Source: Podospora anserina (taxonomy: Eukaryota). Taken from it: a stretch of DNA of 64,000 nt. The position numbers and the translations under genes were made by a program. The stretch's first letter is position 1. Each line of letters begins with the position of its first letter. Below are positions 1-14,655 of the stretch, in pieces. A model generated the notes under the pieces. It saw only the letters and a list, made by a program, of their open reading frames with translations. It was not told the origin of the DNA and made no database searches. The stretch covers positions 1,302,001 to 1,366,000 of the forward strand of contig CM030335.1 in assembly GCA_017654855.1 (NCBI GenBank). The letters are read 5' to 3'.

Positions 1-185
1 ATATACGGAGGAACTGGCCGGTATAGATAGACAGTTCCGCAGTATGCAAATCAGCTTGTATTCACGGTATCTAGTGTTTACATTGAGACATCTTGTTGTG
101 CACTGTTTAGCTGCACCGAACTAATTGTCAGAAGTTACCTTCAACCAGTATCCCTTTCAGAGGTTCTGTACAGGGGTTCGTCACA
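1..185 (+). mobile_element. 3' part (R/U5) of a Gypsy-family LTR, cut by the window edge
   Basis: Ends in GGTTCGTCACA at 185. Very similar to the reverse complement of 13800-13990. Confidence 0.9.
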
Positions 186-1108
186 TATACGCAACTTATT
201 ACTTTATTATCCAGATTTTAAAATACACACTATAATTTTAAAAGAAATGACTTCAAAACCGAAAAACCTCAACTAATGTTATTTATAATAGTAATAATAT
301 ATCACTAAAAATCTTAAAAAAGAATGTAGGAATTTAAAAACTTCAAATAATAAAATTAAAAATATTTATAATAAAACTAAGTATATACCTTTATGGGATA
401 ATAAAATGTAAAAAGTTAAAATATTGTAATAAAATCGTTAAGATTTAATATGTTTCGCAAAAACTAAAAGTATTTTTCAACTTATATTATAATGGAAATA
501 CTTTAACTATTAAGAATTCTTTTAAAGGTTAAAAGTAAGATATTTAACATCTATGTATTAAAGTTTTATAAAATATAATAATGCTAAAGGATATTTCTGA
601 AAATCCATAAATTTAAAGCCGCCGTTATTGTTTCCAAATCCTTGAAACCTTTTAAAGATTTCCCTTTAAATTTTGAAGAATTTAATAGTATTGAAGGTAT
701 ATGAAAAAATGGGTTTTGGCTTGAAACAGCCTTTTAAATATAAAACAAAGTCTGCTTTTCAAGGAATTCTTTTAGAAAGGAAATTAATTATTATTGAACA
801 ACTATTAATAATATAAAGTATCATTAATATTATATAAATAGTATTTGTTAATAGTATCCAATAAAAGAAATACAAAAGGTTATAAAAAAAGGTACTTTTA
901 TTTGAAAAAAGTTAAATATAAAGTAAAGTGCTATATTATTATAATCAATAATTTTTATTTTTAGAAGAAATTATGAGTTCTATAGTAAAGGTAATGTTTC
1001 TCTCAACTATAAATAATATAAATAAAGAGGTTCATTATAGATTTCATCGAAGTATAATATTTATAAAAAATGGGAATATTATTAAGGTTTATCAGAGATT
1101 ATTAACTA

Positions 1109-3005
1109 ACGTATATTATCAGTGAGTCGTGCATATCAGTGGGTCGTGCATATCAGTGGGTCGTGCCTATCAGTGGGTCGCGCACTCTCTACCACCCTAC
1201 TACAAAACCCTCAATTATAACACACCAACATTAGGAACTAACTACAATTACATCAGAAACAGCTGAATTAGATGATTCTGCAGCCTCCTGGTAAGTGCGT
1301 GCATTATGGCCAGGCTTGCCACACACATCACAGCACCGAACCTTTATATAAGCCCCCCCTGCACCACTACTATCCGGCTGCGTTTCTTGCACTCCCTCTC
1401 CACCTACGGCCTTCTTATCCAATAGATCGTGTGCATCCTGCACAGTAAGTGATCCTCCGAGCCGCACACGTGTTTTTTTGGCTCTCCGGCGTTTACTTAG
1501 TGCCTCGTTGGCCTTACGGAGTAAAGTGTTTTCTGTACGAAGGAGAGCTACCTAGTGTATTACAGCTATCGTACTCTTGGTAAGCTGGTCTATAGCAGCT
1601 AATATTGAAGTTGGGGAGCTATTTTGATGGTTAGTAATCCGAGTCTTAATAAGTGTTAACTGCGAGTTAGCTTTTCGGGGGTTGTACAGTGTTTGGAAGA
1701 CCCAAGGTTATATAGTGCCGGGCCGTAAGTTTAGAGGTATTAGCGTACGAAGCTTTATATCTAGCTTAGAAAGTACCTTTTTTGGATCGTATAGTATAAG
1801 GCTAATACCCGTAAAGCTACCCTATATATTTTTCTCCGTTATAGAGGCGAAAAAGGTTTCGCGGAAAGTATAGAGGAACTCGAGCTTACTTACGTAGTTA
1901 ATATATATATATATATTAAGTCCTCGATCTAGCGGCTGTACGCTTACTTTAATAGCTTAAAGTAGCCGATATTAAGTGGCTAGAGGTAATGCGAAAAATA
2001 TAGAGGTATATAAAGCGTAATAATATTATTCTATTAATAGTAGCGTTCGAATTTAGTTAAGTAGTAGCTTTCGTAACCGTTAAAGATTAATAACCGGTAT
2101 TTATTTTTTATACGAAACGTTATTTAATAATCGAAGTATTTAATTTAATTTAGGCCTACCGTATTAGTAATTTAATTATTATTAATAATTATAATACACT
2201 AAATAAATAATAGGTTAAACTCGGTATATTAATTAGTAAAGTGGTATTACGCGGCTAAAATAATAAAAAGAAATATAGTTTAACCGAGGGTATTAATTTC
2301 CTAGATTACTATTACTTATTCGCGGTTATTAAACTAGGTTAGTTTCGCCTTACTAAAGCCGTTTAAAGTCGTAATTATTATACTTATAGAAATAATACTT
2401 ATTATAAACTTAATTTCGTTAAAGTTATAAATATTATTATTTATAATACTATATTTAAGTTTAGTATTCCATATAAGCGCGAACCACTCGCTAATAACCT
2501 TTAGATCCTCGCATTTTACCCTCTAATAATCGTATTTACACGTAAAGCGCGTACGGAGCTCTGGCGAGCGTTTAATAAATCGATATACCTAAAGCTTGCC
2601 GACAGGGGGCGCATCGCGTACGTATAGCAGTTAGTTAGCTATATCTTCCACACTACGTAATCTAGGTAGAAAAGCTCGCGCACATAGCTCAATAATATAT
2701 TGGACAATAGCCTCCTCTTCTAATTGAGTAAGCTTCTTTATACCGGGCGGAGTATCGCGTCGTGCAGGCCGGCTAGAGCGTCGGTCGCGGAGGGTTGATG
2801 GTGGTACATTATAGAGCTTAGCTGCGGCTCTGAGGCTTAATTTTTCGTCCTTTTGGAGAGCTTCAAAGGCTAAGATTACCTTCGCTTCCTTTAAAGTAGA
2901 AGGCATATTGGATTGTAGAAAAATTTGATGTAAAGTGCAAAGAGGACGCGTCGCGCTAGCGAGTGCGCGACCTACTACTATGCACGACTCACTGATAATG
3001 TACGT
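1109..3005 (-). mobile_element. Fot1/pogo-like DNA transposon (Tc1/mariner superfamily), RIP-inactivated
   Basis: TIRs ACGTAYATTATCAGTGAGTCGTGCATA at both ends, flanked by TA duplications (1107-1108, 3006-3007). Four 17-bp subterminal repeats at 1117-1184. Confidence 0.95.
1231..2906 (-). pseudogene. Fot1-type DDE transposase pseudogene
   Basis: N-terminal HTH region (LSLRAAAKLYNVPPSTLRDRR) at 2631-2906 and C-terminal zinc knuckle (RCCDVCGKPGHNART) at 1231-1467. The middle is disrupted by stops. Confidence 0.92.
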
Positions 3006-3561
3006 TAATAAAGATAATAATATGATAAAAGTTGGTTTCTAAATAAGATTATATTGCAGGAATTTATATTCTGGGTTTCATAATAGTTTTTAAAAAAAGA
3101 TTTTAGGGTTTATAGAAATAATAGAGCCAATATCAAAAGTTTTAAGCCCTAATTTTTTTTAAAAAAAATACTATATAATTAAAATACTTTTGAAATAAAA
3201 ATAATTGAATTAAGAAAATTGTAGGTTTTTTAAAGAATTATTTAATAAGAATTTTAAGATAAAACATGCGCTGCTCCGCATTCGAGCTAACTACAACTCT
3301 TTCGTATCGCTCGGAATACCTATAAACTATCCTTAATATTCCGCTACAAATAAATAGAATCCATCTTCTTTATATCGTTTAATTGCGTTTTTACTTTAAT
3401 TACATTAATTTATTTAATTAAGTACTATACACTTTTTATTATAAACTTCATTATATTTAAATGATTCAATTATACCTTCATTTCAATTATATTGAATTAG
3501 TTATTATATCCTATATTATTTCTTAGTACTACCTTTAAAATATGGGAATTCCATTTCATTT

Positions 3562-3968
3562 TGTCACGGTTTTGGAAGATAGTGGGGCCACAAGGAACCA
3601 ATCAGGACTGGACCGGGCGGTCGAGCGGGGCTTACGGTCTAGGTAGATAGAACGGACTAATAAGATAGGGACCGTGGACCGCGGTGGGGCTTACGGTCCA
3701 CGGTCCAGCATCGATTAACCAGGAGTGGACCGAGGACCGTCTATAAATCAACGGTCTACGGTCCCTAGGTCTATATATACGGAGGAACTAGCTCATATAA
3801 ATACATAACTCCGTAGTATATAATATAAGTCACAATCGTTAGTATTTTAGCTACTATAATTGAGATAAGCCATTTGTTATATACTATTTAGTTGTACCGA
3901 ACCAGGATTATTCAGAAGTACCTTCAACCAGTATCCCTTTCAGAGGTTCTGGATAGCGGTTCGTCACA
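3562..3968 (+). mobile_element. Solo LTR, U3 type A
   Basis: TGTCAC...GTCACA termini, exact target-site duplication CATTT, CCAATCAGG box, GGACCG repeats and a TATA near 3772. Confidence 0.95.
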
Positions 3969-6900
3969 CATTTATATAGCTTGGTTAGGTCTTCTATATA
4001 GCTATACTTCTTGTAAAATCAATTCAAATTATTTTTAAATATGATTGACTTATTCTATTTAAAATCTATATTTGTGATTTTTCCATTTCTAAATATCGAA
4101 GTCAATAAATATTGTATGGACTAAGGTTAAATAATTTAAGAAATGAAAATACTTGCCGGAATTGGAATCTACCTAGATTTAATTGGCTAAATTAAATATC
4201 TCATGTTAGTTAACAAACATTTCACTGTTCAATAATTAATCCATCTAATTGTGAATACTCCCGATTTTTACATTTTTTATTTACATTTTTGTTTAATTAT
4301 CCATTCCTGTTTACTTCATGTTCTTAATCGTTATGAGAACACTATATTAGTAACCATAATAGTAATTTTCTAATTTGAGCGAAATTGACTTTATAAATTA
4401 AAGGATTCAAGAATTTTATAACATTTAAAATAAATTCGAAATATTCAGTTTTAAGTTTTAAATTTCCTTACACCTTTATAAAGAAACTACCATACCTCAA
4501 TCGATGGCCTTGTATGTTTATTATTACTTTGTTTCTATGAAATCTTATTTTACTTTTTCCTTTTTCGTTGTAATTCAATTAAGATTGCTCTTCTTTTTTT
4601 TACCTACCTAAACCCCAAAATCTTATAAAATAGGATTTAATTTCCCAAATGATTTAGTCATATTATGTTATCATCAACTCTTTCTATTCTACTTAACAAA
4701 ATTGTAATATTTTCAATCATTATTATCATACTTACGTTAATCAACCTTACTTACATATACACGTTATTATAATCCATACGTATTAAGTTTCAAGGCATTT
4801 TTTTTTAAAAAAAGTTATTTATAACGAAATAAAAAGAGGCTAAAAGGGTCTTTGAAACTTCTAATCAACATTCTTTTGATATTAGTTTATTTTAATATTA
4901 TTCCATTAACATAGATTCTAACATTTTAATTTCTATATATGATACACATTAATATCGTATAATTCTTGAGGTTGAAATAAATTTAGACCTCCAAGTTAGA
5001 GCTTCTTACCTTTTTTCAAAAAATTAAATGTATTCTTTAAAACATAATTCTGTTTCGATATAGAATTATCAAAAAAGCATAATTATAATACTTTTAGACT
5101 AACTATTTTTAATGCTAGAAGAACCCTTCCCATGATAGAAGCTCGGTAATCTTTAGCCATCTTTATAAGGATTAAATAAATCAATACTTTCAATTTCAAT
5201 TTAATTCTTATTATATATACTATTTACTATATATTGAACTTACACTTCCTATTATACATCACATTTAATATACTTTTCTAGATTTGTTCACAAAATTATA
5301 ATAATAAACTTATATAATCTTTACCCATCATTCTTCTACTTTTTGATTATATATATACTTTCCTATCTATTCCGGCATTTCATTGTTTCAATTTTTATAT
5401 ACTCATTAATACTGAAAAACCATCAAACTTATTTTTATTTTCAAAATAAACCTTGACTTTTTATATTTAAAATTGAAACATTTTCGCGAATATCCTCTTT
5501 CATAAAACTATAACTATATTTCCTTGAATCTTCACCTTACATTCAGAGTTCTTGTACATTTTATTATATTTGCTTTAATAATGTCTTAAAAGCTTATATT
5601 GTATGTATTTTGATTCACATTTTTATTAATATTATTCAAGTTAATTAATAAAATCATAACAAAGTTATGTTATCATAGTTACTATTATTTTATTTTATTT
5701 TATAAGTAGTCAGCTTAGATAATATAAATAATTGGTATCAAGTTATTAAGTGTTATTTTTGTAATGGTATTATTCTTCTATTAATAATTCATTATATTCT
5801 TTACTTCATTTAGGAACATTAATATTTTTGCAATACAGTAGTAATTAAATAGATAATCTTTCAACCTAAATTGTTGTAAATATGTCTAAATAAATTCATT
5901 GTTTTTTCCAAAAATGTACTCTTCTATATTTTGACAATATGTCTTTGGGGTTTTTCTATAATAACTTTATAAATTCTTTTTACAATTAAGTTATTATTAT
6001 TCTTAATTTTAAGATAAAAGGGTTTTCTTTTATTTACTTTTATTCTATTTTCCAGAATTTACGGGAATTGTTTGCAGTAAAATTTTGAAGAACTAAAGTG
6101 TAACCTAGTATACTAGAATAAAATCTTTCATTACCACTATCCCTATTTTCAACTTACATAAGAAGAAGATTAGGATAATCAAGGTATTAAATTTAAACAT
6201 TAACACTATTAAATAACTTATACTATAAAGGTTAATAGTTAGATATTTCAATCAAGGAAATATTTACTATCAATGATAAGTTTTGTATAGTTATGGCTGG
6301 TTATCATATTCAGAAAGTAGATTTTGATTATAGGTTTTAATTATAATAACAATTACTCGTAATAATGAAGGATTTTTCAGATATTAATATCTATTCACTT
6401 TTTGTTTTCAAAAGTAACATCCCCTTATTTATCCTCGTCGGCTATTTTAATAAATAGTTTGTAAATTTTAAAGATTGGAATAAAGTGAAGAGGAAAGAGG
6501 AATATAATATTGAAGTATTAAAGTCGGGAAACTTTTACTTGATCTCACACTATAATTAATAAACTATTTATTTCTAAGCTAACGGTTTCCTGCTACCTAA
6601 TCACTTCTATATTGTTATTATCTTTTATTTATATCACCTTTTATGTATAAAGTGACTATATTTGTCTTACTTAAATATATATAATAATTACTATTTAACG
6701 TATATTTAATCATCAATAATTATTCTAGTAACCATTACACATTTTCTTTCTGGATATTATTCATAGTCTTACTAAATACTATCATATTACTCAAAATATT
6801 ACTTAAAGTTTGATACAATAAACAGCCACTATCGTTAATATTGTAGATCATTTGAAATTAAGTATTATAGACCAATATAAAAACTTAAATCTTTATTGAT

Positions 6901-7116
6901 ATAGCTTAAATACTTAAATATTAGTATTATTAATGATTTTTATACGATGCAACACAATTAACTAGATTCTATTTAGTTTCAACTAATCTTAATTTTAATC
7001 ATACCATAATTTGATTTACTTAAAAAAATATTCATTACCATTACAGGCAAAATTACTATTCTTACTAGATTATTTCACGCTTTTTATTACACCCACTTAC
7101 CTCTTGATACTCCTTA

Positions 7117-7403
7117 TGTTCCGGCCCAAAGAGACAAATTAGTACAATCCCTAAATATTAAACAACTTAAATGACTACCTTAAATTTATTTAACCCCTAA
7201 ATACCTTTTGAATAAACCAAAACCTTGGACTACAACTCATATTTCCTATAACATATAAATCTATTTTAATTAACGATATAAATATACTTAAATTGGTTTC
7301 GCTTATCAGTTATCAGTAATTACTTATCGGTTATCAGTAATTAGTTATCAGTGATTAGTTTATCGGTTATCGATTGTTAATCAAAAGAATCGGCTCTTGA
7401 ACA
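7117..7403. mobile_element. Possible degraded LTR (TGTT...AACA)
   Basis: TG...CA ends, a TATAAA motif and degenerate TTATCAG tandem repeats at ~7305-7375. The flanks CCTTA/CCTCT are not a clean duplication. Confidence 0.35.
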
Positions 7404-7656
7404 CCTCTTGTGTATAAAAACTATTTATCAAGTCTAAATTAAATATAGATCCTAATCCCACTTAAAATATTTACCTATACTTAAATAATGAAACTAAAGA
7501 AAAGAAAATAACATCGTCACAGTTATAGGTATCCCTACAAAGCAAAAATAAATATTAACTGATTACAGCAAATTACTAATTAGTTAAACATGAAATTGAA
7601 TTAATCTGATTTAGTAAACTAATTTCATTACTTAGTCATTAATCTTTAATCCTTAT

Positions 7657-7660
<4 letters not shown>

Positions 7661-7695
<35 letters not shown>

Positions 7696-7697
7696 TC
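7661..7697. repeat. Interrupted (TA)n microsatellite
   Basis: Run of TA dinucleotides seen directly. Confidence 0.85.
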
Positions 7698-7928
7698 TAT
7701 TAACTTTAAACTAAAATGACTTTATATTTACTATTTTCAAAATACAAATATAGATATTATATGGCTAGCTTTTGCTTTATCTTAAGTATTTTATATTAAT
7801 TAAATAACTTTCTGATAAATACATCTATTATACTCATTTCTTTTTAATGTAGCACTATTATTTATTAGGATTGAAAATAATATACTACTACTACTACTGT
7901 TATACACTATATTTATTTTAAACTAACT

Positions 7929-8277
7929 TGTGACGAACCCCTATCCAGAACCTCTGAAAGGGATACTGGTTGAAGGCACTTCTGAACAATCCTAGTTCGG
8001 TACAGCTAAACAGTGTATAACAAATGGCTTGTCTCAGTCACAATAGTTAACATACTACGATTATAACTTATAAATTATATACTACGGAACTATCTATCTA
8101 CACTAGGCAGTTCCTCCGTATAGATAGACTTTAGGACCGTGGACCGTAAGCCCCGCCGCGGTCCCCGGTCTCTATCTTATTAATCTATTTACTTACCTGG
8201 ACTGTGAGCCCCGCTCGATCGCCCGGTCTAGTCCTGATTAGTCCCTCGTGGCTCCACTGTCCTCCAAAACCGTGACA
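7929..8277 (-). mobile_element. Solo LTR, U3 type A, inverted
   Basis: TGTGAC...GTGACA termini, exact duplication TAACT, homologous to the reverse complement of 3562-3968 with an internal deletion. Confidence 0.95.
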
Positions 8278-11200
8278 TAACTCTATAAATAAAATAAAAC
8301 TATTACAAATGCATCACGACAACCACCAGTTCAGCTACCCCATGTATCTCAATATATTACAGCCATAACTAACTAAAGTTAATTAAATTCAACATTGTAG
8401 GTTACTTTAACTTCCTTTAACTTTCCTTAACTTACGTTAACTTACTGACTTTAATTGAATTACATTGACAATTTAATTAAATACTACCAAATTGAAAACT
8501 TCAGATTAATGATATTAATCCCCTAACTAAATGGAATTAAACAGAAAACCACTTAGAGGATTAGCCCTAAAGTAAATAGAATTCAATTATAAATTGGAAG
8601 CTTACTATACAAACCTTTCAACTTAATAATCTTACATTAAAAATTATAGGTTTATAATATCAATTTTTTCATCAAATAAACTAAGAAAATATTAAACAGA
8701 GTAATAGTTATTAATAATTAGAAAAAAAGTACACTTTCATTTAAATTGATAAAAAATAATTTATTTAAAATTTAAAAAGAAGTTGTGCTATTTAACTTAA
8801 AAGGAAAGGATAGTTTAAATAATTAGGTAGGGATAATAAAAGTTAACATGTAAAATCTCTGAAAATTTCATAATCATATTAGAACACAATGACAATAAAT
8901 GAACTGAAACTGAATAATTATACCTATTAGAGAACTCTTGAATAAGTAATAAATTATATAAACTCTTTTTATGAATTCCTTTGAGTTTTCCTAAATGTTT
9001 TATATCCTTGAAATACTTATTAAATGTACTATACTTAAAGCTAAGATTAATTTAAAATAGTCTCTTTACTTTATATTATACCATGGCATTTCTAGTAATA
9101 TAAATGTATAGAAATAAACTGGGTTGGTACTTTCAATATAATGTAAATATTAAGGAAATCAAATCTATCTTGAAAAATAAATTTTAATTATGAAATTTGA
9201 ACTGTAAAGCGCCTAATAATAAGGGAATTTAAAAAAGTTGATTTAATATTTTAAATGTAGAATAGCCATTCAAGTAATTAAACATGTTTTAGGCAAAAAT
9301 CTTCATAATACAAGCTATATTTTAGGGATAATATAATTATTCATTGATGTTAATCTGTCCTCATGATGGGTTTAAATAACCGAGGTTATATAGGGAAATA
9401 TAAAAGGAGGATCTTTTCTTATATACCTTTAAAGCTTTACCAAAAGCCGGATAATATAGTATTAACAAAAATAATAAATTATATTAATATAATATGAATT
9501 CTCTACGTTTGAGTATAGTTAATTATAAATTAATCAATATATTGTATTTCATTATTTAATAATATATAAAAACTTTTCGAAAAATAGAATTTGGTGTTGG
9601 GATATTTCAAATTAAGGTCTAAATTTAAGAAATATTTAGACTTTATATTTAGCCTTTAAAGTTAACGTTTCGATTGATTTTATGTAGGTTTTATACATTT
9701 GAACTAGGTTACGTTCTGAATTAGTAGAAATGTTTAATTTATTTGATTATATTACTTTTTCTATTTAATTGATGATAAGCTAAAAATTAGATATTTAGTT
9801 TAAGGAAGGTCGATAAAAGCTAATAAAAATTAGGCTTGCCAAAACTTTAACAGAATTATTGGGACTAGATTTTTTGTATTATAAAATATTAAATTTAAAA
9901 AATTAGTAATTAAAGATCATATACGTTTAGTTATCGGTATTAAAGTAGAATGAATAAAAGAAGTTTTAAAGCATATATGAAAACCTTGGAATATTCATTG
10001 TTACATAATAAAGTTAAACTTTTGAATTTTCAAAGTTATATCGGTTCACTTATAGTATTTCTTCTACAGTAAACTACGGTGTTTATATTAATAAGAAGAC
10101 GGGTCAAGTAAGCAAAATTAATATAGGTAGTAAATAGTAATTAGAAAATAAATACGGTGACATGTAAATTATGTTTATAATATAGTTTATAGCTCGTAAC
10201 GGACATTATAGATAACTATTTAAAGTCTTTTTCAAAAGTTTTAATTAAATTACTATATAAAAAGGAGGATATCTTAATAAAAATTATTATTATAGCGAAG
10301 TTAGGGAAGTTTATTAAAAAGTTAAATACTACACACCGGTATATAGGAACTAAGATATTTTAATAGCATTATTATGGCTAAGTAAAAGGCTAATAATATA
10401 GCTAGTAATAGCCGTTTGTTATTATATCGGTATTTCAGATAATAGCTAGGGAGTATCTTAAAACGTTATAATCTCAAGTACAGGTATTAGAATTAAACCG
10501 TTAAAACTATTTAAAAGTTGTGGTTACACCGACGTAAAATAATAAAGATATTTTAGTAGTATTATTATAGTTATAGTGACAATAGGTAATATAAATTACT
10601 CAAATATTATAGTCTTATAATAAAAATAGTAAATAGTTTAAATATCAGGATTAAATGAATTATGAGCATACAAAATATAGGATAATACAATTTGAAATAG
10701 TGACCCTAAAGTTATTAATGAGACATTTATAAGCTTATTTTAGTGGTAATATTTATTTAATACTCAAAAACAAAGTTACTAGTTCTTTTAGATTTTCTCA
10801 TTATTTTTAATGATTAACTAGCTGTATCTTTTCCCCCTCAGTCTATATTAATATAACATTATACCTTTTGCTTTTACCTCAAGTAAAAATACATTCTACA
10901 TTTAATTTAATTATTTCATTTACATAATGTTTTTCAATTATGTTATAATGTTAGTAAGCCTTTTTATGGATTCGAGGTATCTATGATGTTATTTCAGTTA
11001 CCTTTTTTCTTTATCCGTTATTTTAAACCTAAAATTTAATAAAAATGAAATATTAAAATATATTTAAATTTTAAATATTCATTGTATAAGTATGAGTAAC
11101 CGGCCTTTAATAGCTATGCGTACATAACTTTTGAATTGTTCTGGTCGTTTAACCTTTATAGTATAGTCAGAATAAACATAGTTGGTAATATAGTAAGGGA

Positions 11201-13722
11201 GTAAGATTATATTGACACTATATTCTTTTAACATTGGTTTTATACTTTGTTACATTAGTTTATTTTTTATGTCATGTTAAAGTTATCTTTTTTAGAGTCT
11301 TCTAAGGGCTTATAATATTGAAAATCAAGTTTATTTTAACATTTTATTACTTATATGTAATTTACTATTTCAATAATAAATAGACTTATTATCTTGCCGT
11401 TTATATTATACCCCATTTTCTTCATATTTTCAAGTTATTTACTATTAATATATTTTAATTTTTTTATTCAAGATTATCGATACGGTTTTAAGGATTTGAT
11501 CGGTTTTTGATTTAAGGTTTAACTTTGAATAGATTTATATATTGGAACAAAGAAATACGGTTAAATATTGGATTGAATTGTAAAATAGGAAAAATTGCAT
11601 ATATTAGAAAACATAAAGGTAATTAAGTTACAAATGGCTCTTCTATACACTTTATCAGCTTTACTAATGATATTAAATAAAATATTAGAAATTTTAGATT
11701 TCCTATAATATCAAGTTATTGATATAAAAGGCCTTTCTTTTATCAATTGGGATAGTCTTAGATAAGTAGAATACTTCACCAGAGATATTATTTGCTCTCA
11801 CTTTATAATTTTTAAAGAAGGCATTTCCTTTTCTGTAAAGAACACTTAACCGGACCTTTAATTATATTTAAAAAAATTCCGTTGTTGTTATTCGCTCTAT
11901 AGAACTAATAGAACGGATTTACCTCATTATTAATATAAATATTATATTAATAAATTAATTCAATCGGTCAACTTAATAACAAGTTATGTTCTAGGTATAT
12001 TATATTATTAGTACAGTATATTATTATTTATGAGATGGACGAGAACGGTATTTAAAAAACAAAGTGTAAATATTAAAGAAAATATCAAAATTAATAATAA
12101 ACTTGTTTTTTTCTATTTTGTGCCATGTATAATTTTAATCTTATTATTTATTCTTTAACGGAGGAAACTTCTCTGTATTATTTAAAAGGCAAATATTTTT
12201 GTTGTCATTATATTTAGTCTTTTATTATAACTTTTAGTACTAAAACTCAATATAAAAAGACCTATACAGTATATGTTTGAAATAAATTCTTTATTTCAAT
12301 AAATTTGATAGTAAATAATAATAAAAAATCAGAGAAAAAAACTTTTTTGTTATACATAATATTATATTTAATTAATGGGTATTTTAGTTTCCTTAATTTC
12401 AATAAATTGTTACCGTCCTTTATTATTAAAGCGTTGAAAAATATGCTTATTAGGTTTCAGCTTTTTTTGGCTTAGAGAAACTATTGGAAAAGCTTTAGGA
12501 AAGATTTTAATCATGATTATTCTTGAATAAATACTATTTCTCTAATATTAGGACCAACCTATACTTATTAACATTTAAGGAAGGATATATATTTAGTAAA
12601 TTCTTTTTTATAATTTATTATATCCTTCAAGTAACCGACTATCTCTGGTATTATATGTAATTATTTACCTCTAATAAAAAGATAACCAAATAATAGTAAT
12701 TAGAATTTAGCTTTTGTATTTTTATCTTTAATAAAACCCTGACCTTAATTCTTTAGAAACTTATTTATTAAAGCCTTTATTTCAATAGCTAGTAAAGAGC
12801 CTATTTAAAGCCTAATCTATAGATTGCTCCAAGACTTTATAAATGTTTCATATTATATTCACTACCTAATTATTATTATTAAAAACTCGATTCGAGTCCT
12901 TTTGAATTCTAGAACACAATAATCATAGTTTATAAATATATATAGTGGTTTTGCTACAATAGAATATAATGCTAAAGATAATAGTGGGATATAAGTAAAA
13001 GATGAAAAACAATATTTAATTAAAAACTCTTCACTTAGTTTTATATTTTATATAGATCGATTAATTCATTCAATGAATTGTCAATGAATAATAAAAGGCT
13101 AGATTATGGAGAATTTGGATATTTTTATTTAAGTTACGTAGTTATATTTTATGAAATAAATTACTATTAATATTAATATTTCTATTCAGGGATGAAGAAG
13201 AATGTTTATGATTAGATTATTTAAATTATTTGGAGAACTACTAACATTTCCCTTTAAGAATTCACGATAATATCTCGATTTAATATATCAGCTACTCGAT
13301 TTTAAACTAATAACATTATACAATAGTAATATTGGGTTAATAGTATACCTTTTTAGAAAACTAATATGTCGTTATTTATCCGGAAAGTAATACTAAAGAA
13401 TTGATGGAAAGAATTTTGTTTTATATTTAAAACACAAAAGAATTTTATTCTTTCTAAGTCCTTTCATATAATACTAATATACGCTTACTTAAGTTTTAGG
13501 TTACGAAGGAAAATAAGCCTTAAATACTAAACGATTAAAGAATAACCCCGGATAATAAAGAGAATATTATGATGAATCACTATATTCAATTTTCTCCCTT
13601 ATAAAGATACTTTGAGATTAACAGGAAAATTTGCTCTCTAATATAATATATAGTATAAAGTCTTCAACGTATGTTCATTATAATAATCCTTAAAGGTCCA
13701 TAACTATAATCTTTTGAAATAT

Positions 13723-14573
13723 TGTGACGAACCCCTATCCAGAACCTCTGAAAGGAATACTAGTCGAAGGCACTTCCGAATAATCCTGGTTCAGTATAGT
13801 GTGATGAACCCATGTACAGAACCTCTGAAAGGGATACGGGTTGAAGGCTACTTCTGACAATTGGTTCGGTGCAGCTAAACAGTGCACAACAAGATGTCTC
13901 AATGTAAACACAAGATGCCGTGAATACAACTGCGAAATTGCATACTGCGGAACTGTCTATCTATACCAGCCAGTTCCTCCGTATATATAGACTTCTTTTC
14001 CCAGCCGTGCTTCCTCTGACCAGTGTCCTGAGCATACTGATCACTTACGCTCAGCCTGATCAGTGTCCTGATCATACTGATCATCCCGGCCTGGCCTGCT
14101 CAGTCTGATCAGTGCTCTGATCGCACTGATCACCGTCCCTCACTGTGATTGGCTCTCCTGGGTGTTTTCCCGATTGGCCCCTGCTCCCGTGGTTCCACAA
14201 CCAATCGTTATTCTCGTCCATGTACCAGGGTTGTGACATATAGCTAGATAGTGTATAACAAATGGTTTGTCTCAAATACAATAGTTAAGATACTAACGAT
14301 TATAACTTATATTGAATTGCATACTATAGAACCTTCCGCTAGCCGTTAGGTTCTATAGTATATATAGATCTAAGGATATCCTGAATCATTGCCCCTTGTT
14401 AATAATTCTCTCCTAGATTTTTATTTCCTAACCATAATCCTCTCCTGGATCATTGTTTCTTGGCAATGATCTCGAGGGCGAGGCTATTCACTGTCCTGAT
14501 TGGTTTTACTAACGATTGTCTGCGCGTCTCGTACCCCGCACACGGTCTATCCTGCTGTTGGCTTACTGTGACA
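13723..14573 (-). mobile_element. Solo LTR, U3 type C, split by a nested LTR
   Basis: TGTGAC start and GTGACA end, flanks AATAT/TATAT (4 of 5 match). The two halves rejoin across 13800-14243 to match the 7929 copy. Confidence 0.88.
13800..14238 (-). mobile_element. Nested solo LTR, U3 type B
   Basis: TGTGAT...GTGACA termini with exact duplication TATAG (13795-13799, 14239-14243). U3 is rich in CTGATCA repeats and little mutated. Confidence 0.95.
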
Positions 14574-14655
14574 TATATTTTAGAAATAGGGTTAGTATCG
14601 TTTAAACTAAATAGAAAATTAACTTTATTTTCAAAACATAACTTTATGCTTTATA

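Noticed and set aside
3268-3340. Small GC-richer patch in the AT block
   Set aside because: No termini, duplication or recognisable RNA structure; cannot be assigned.
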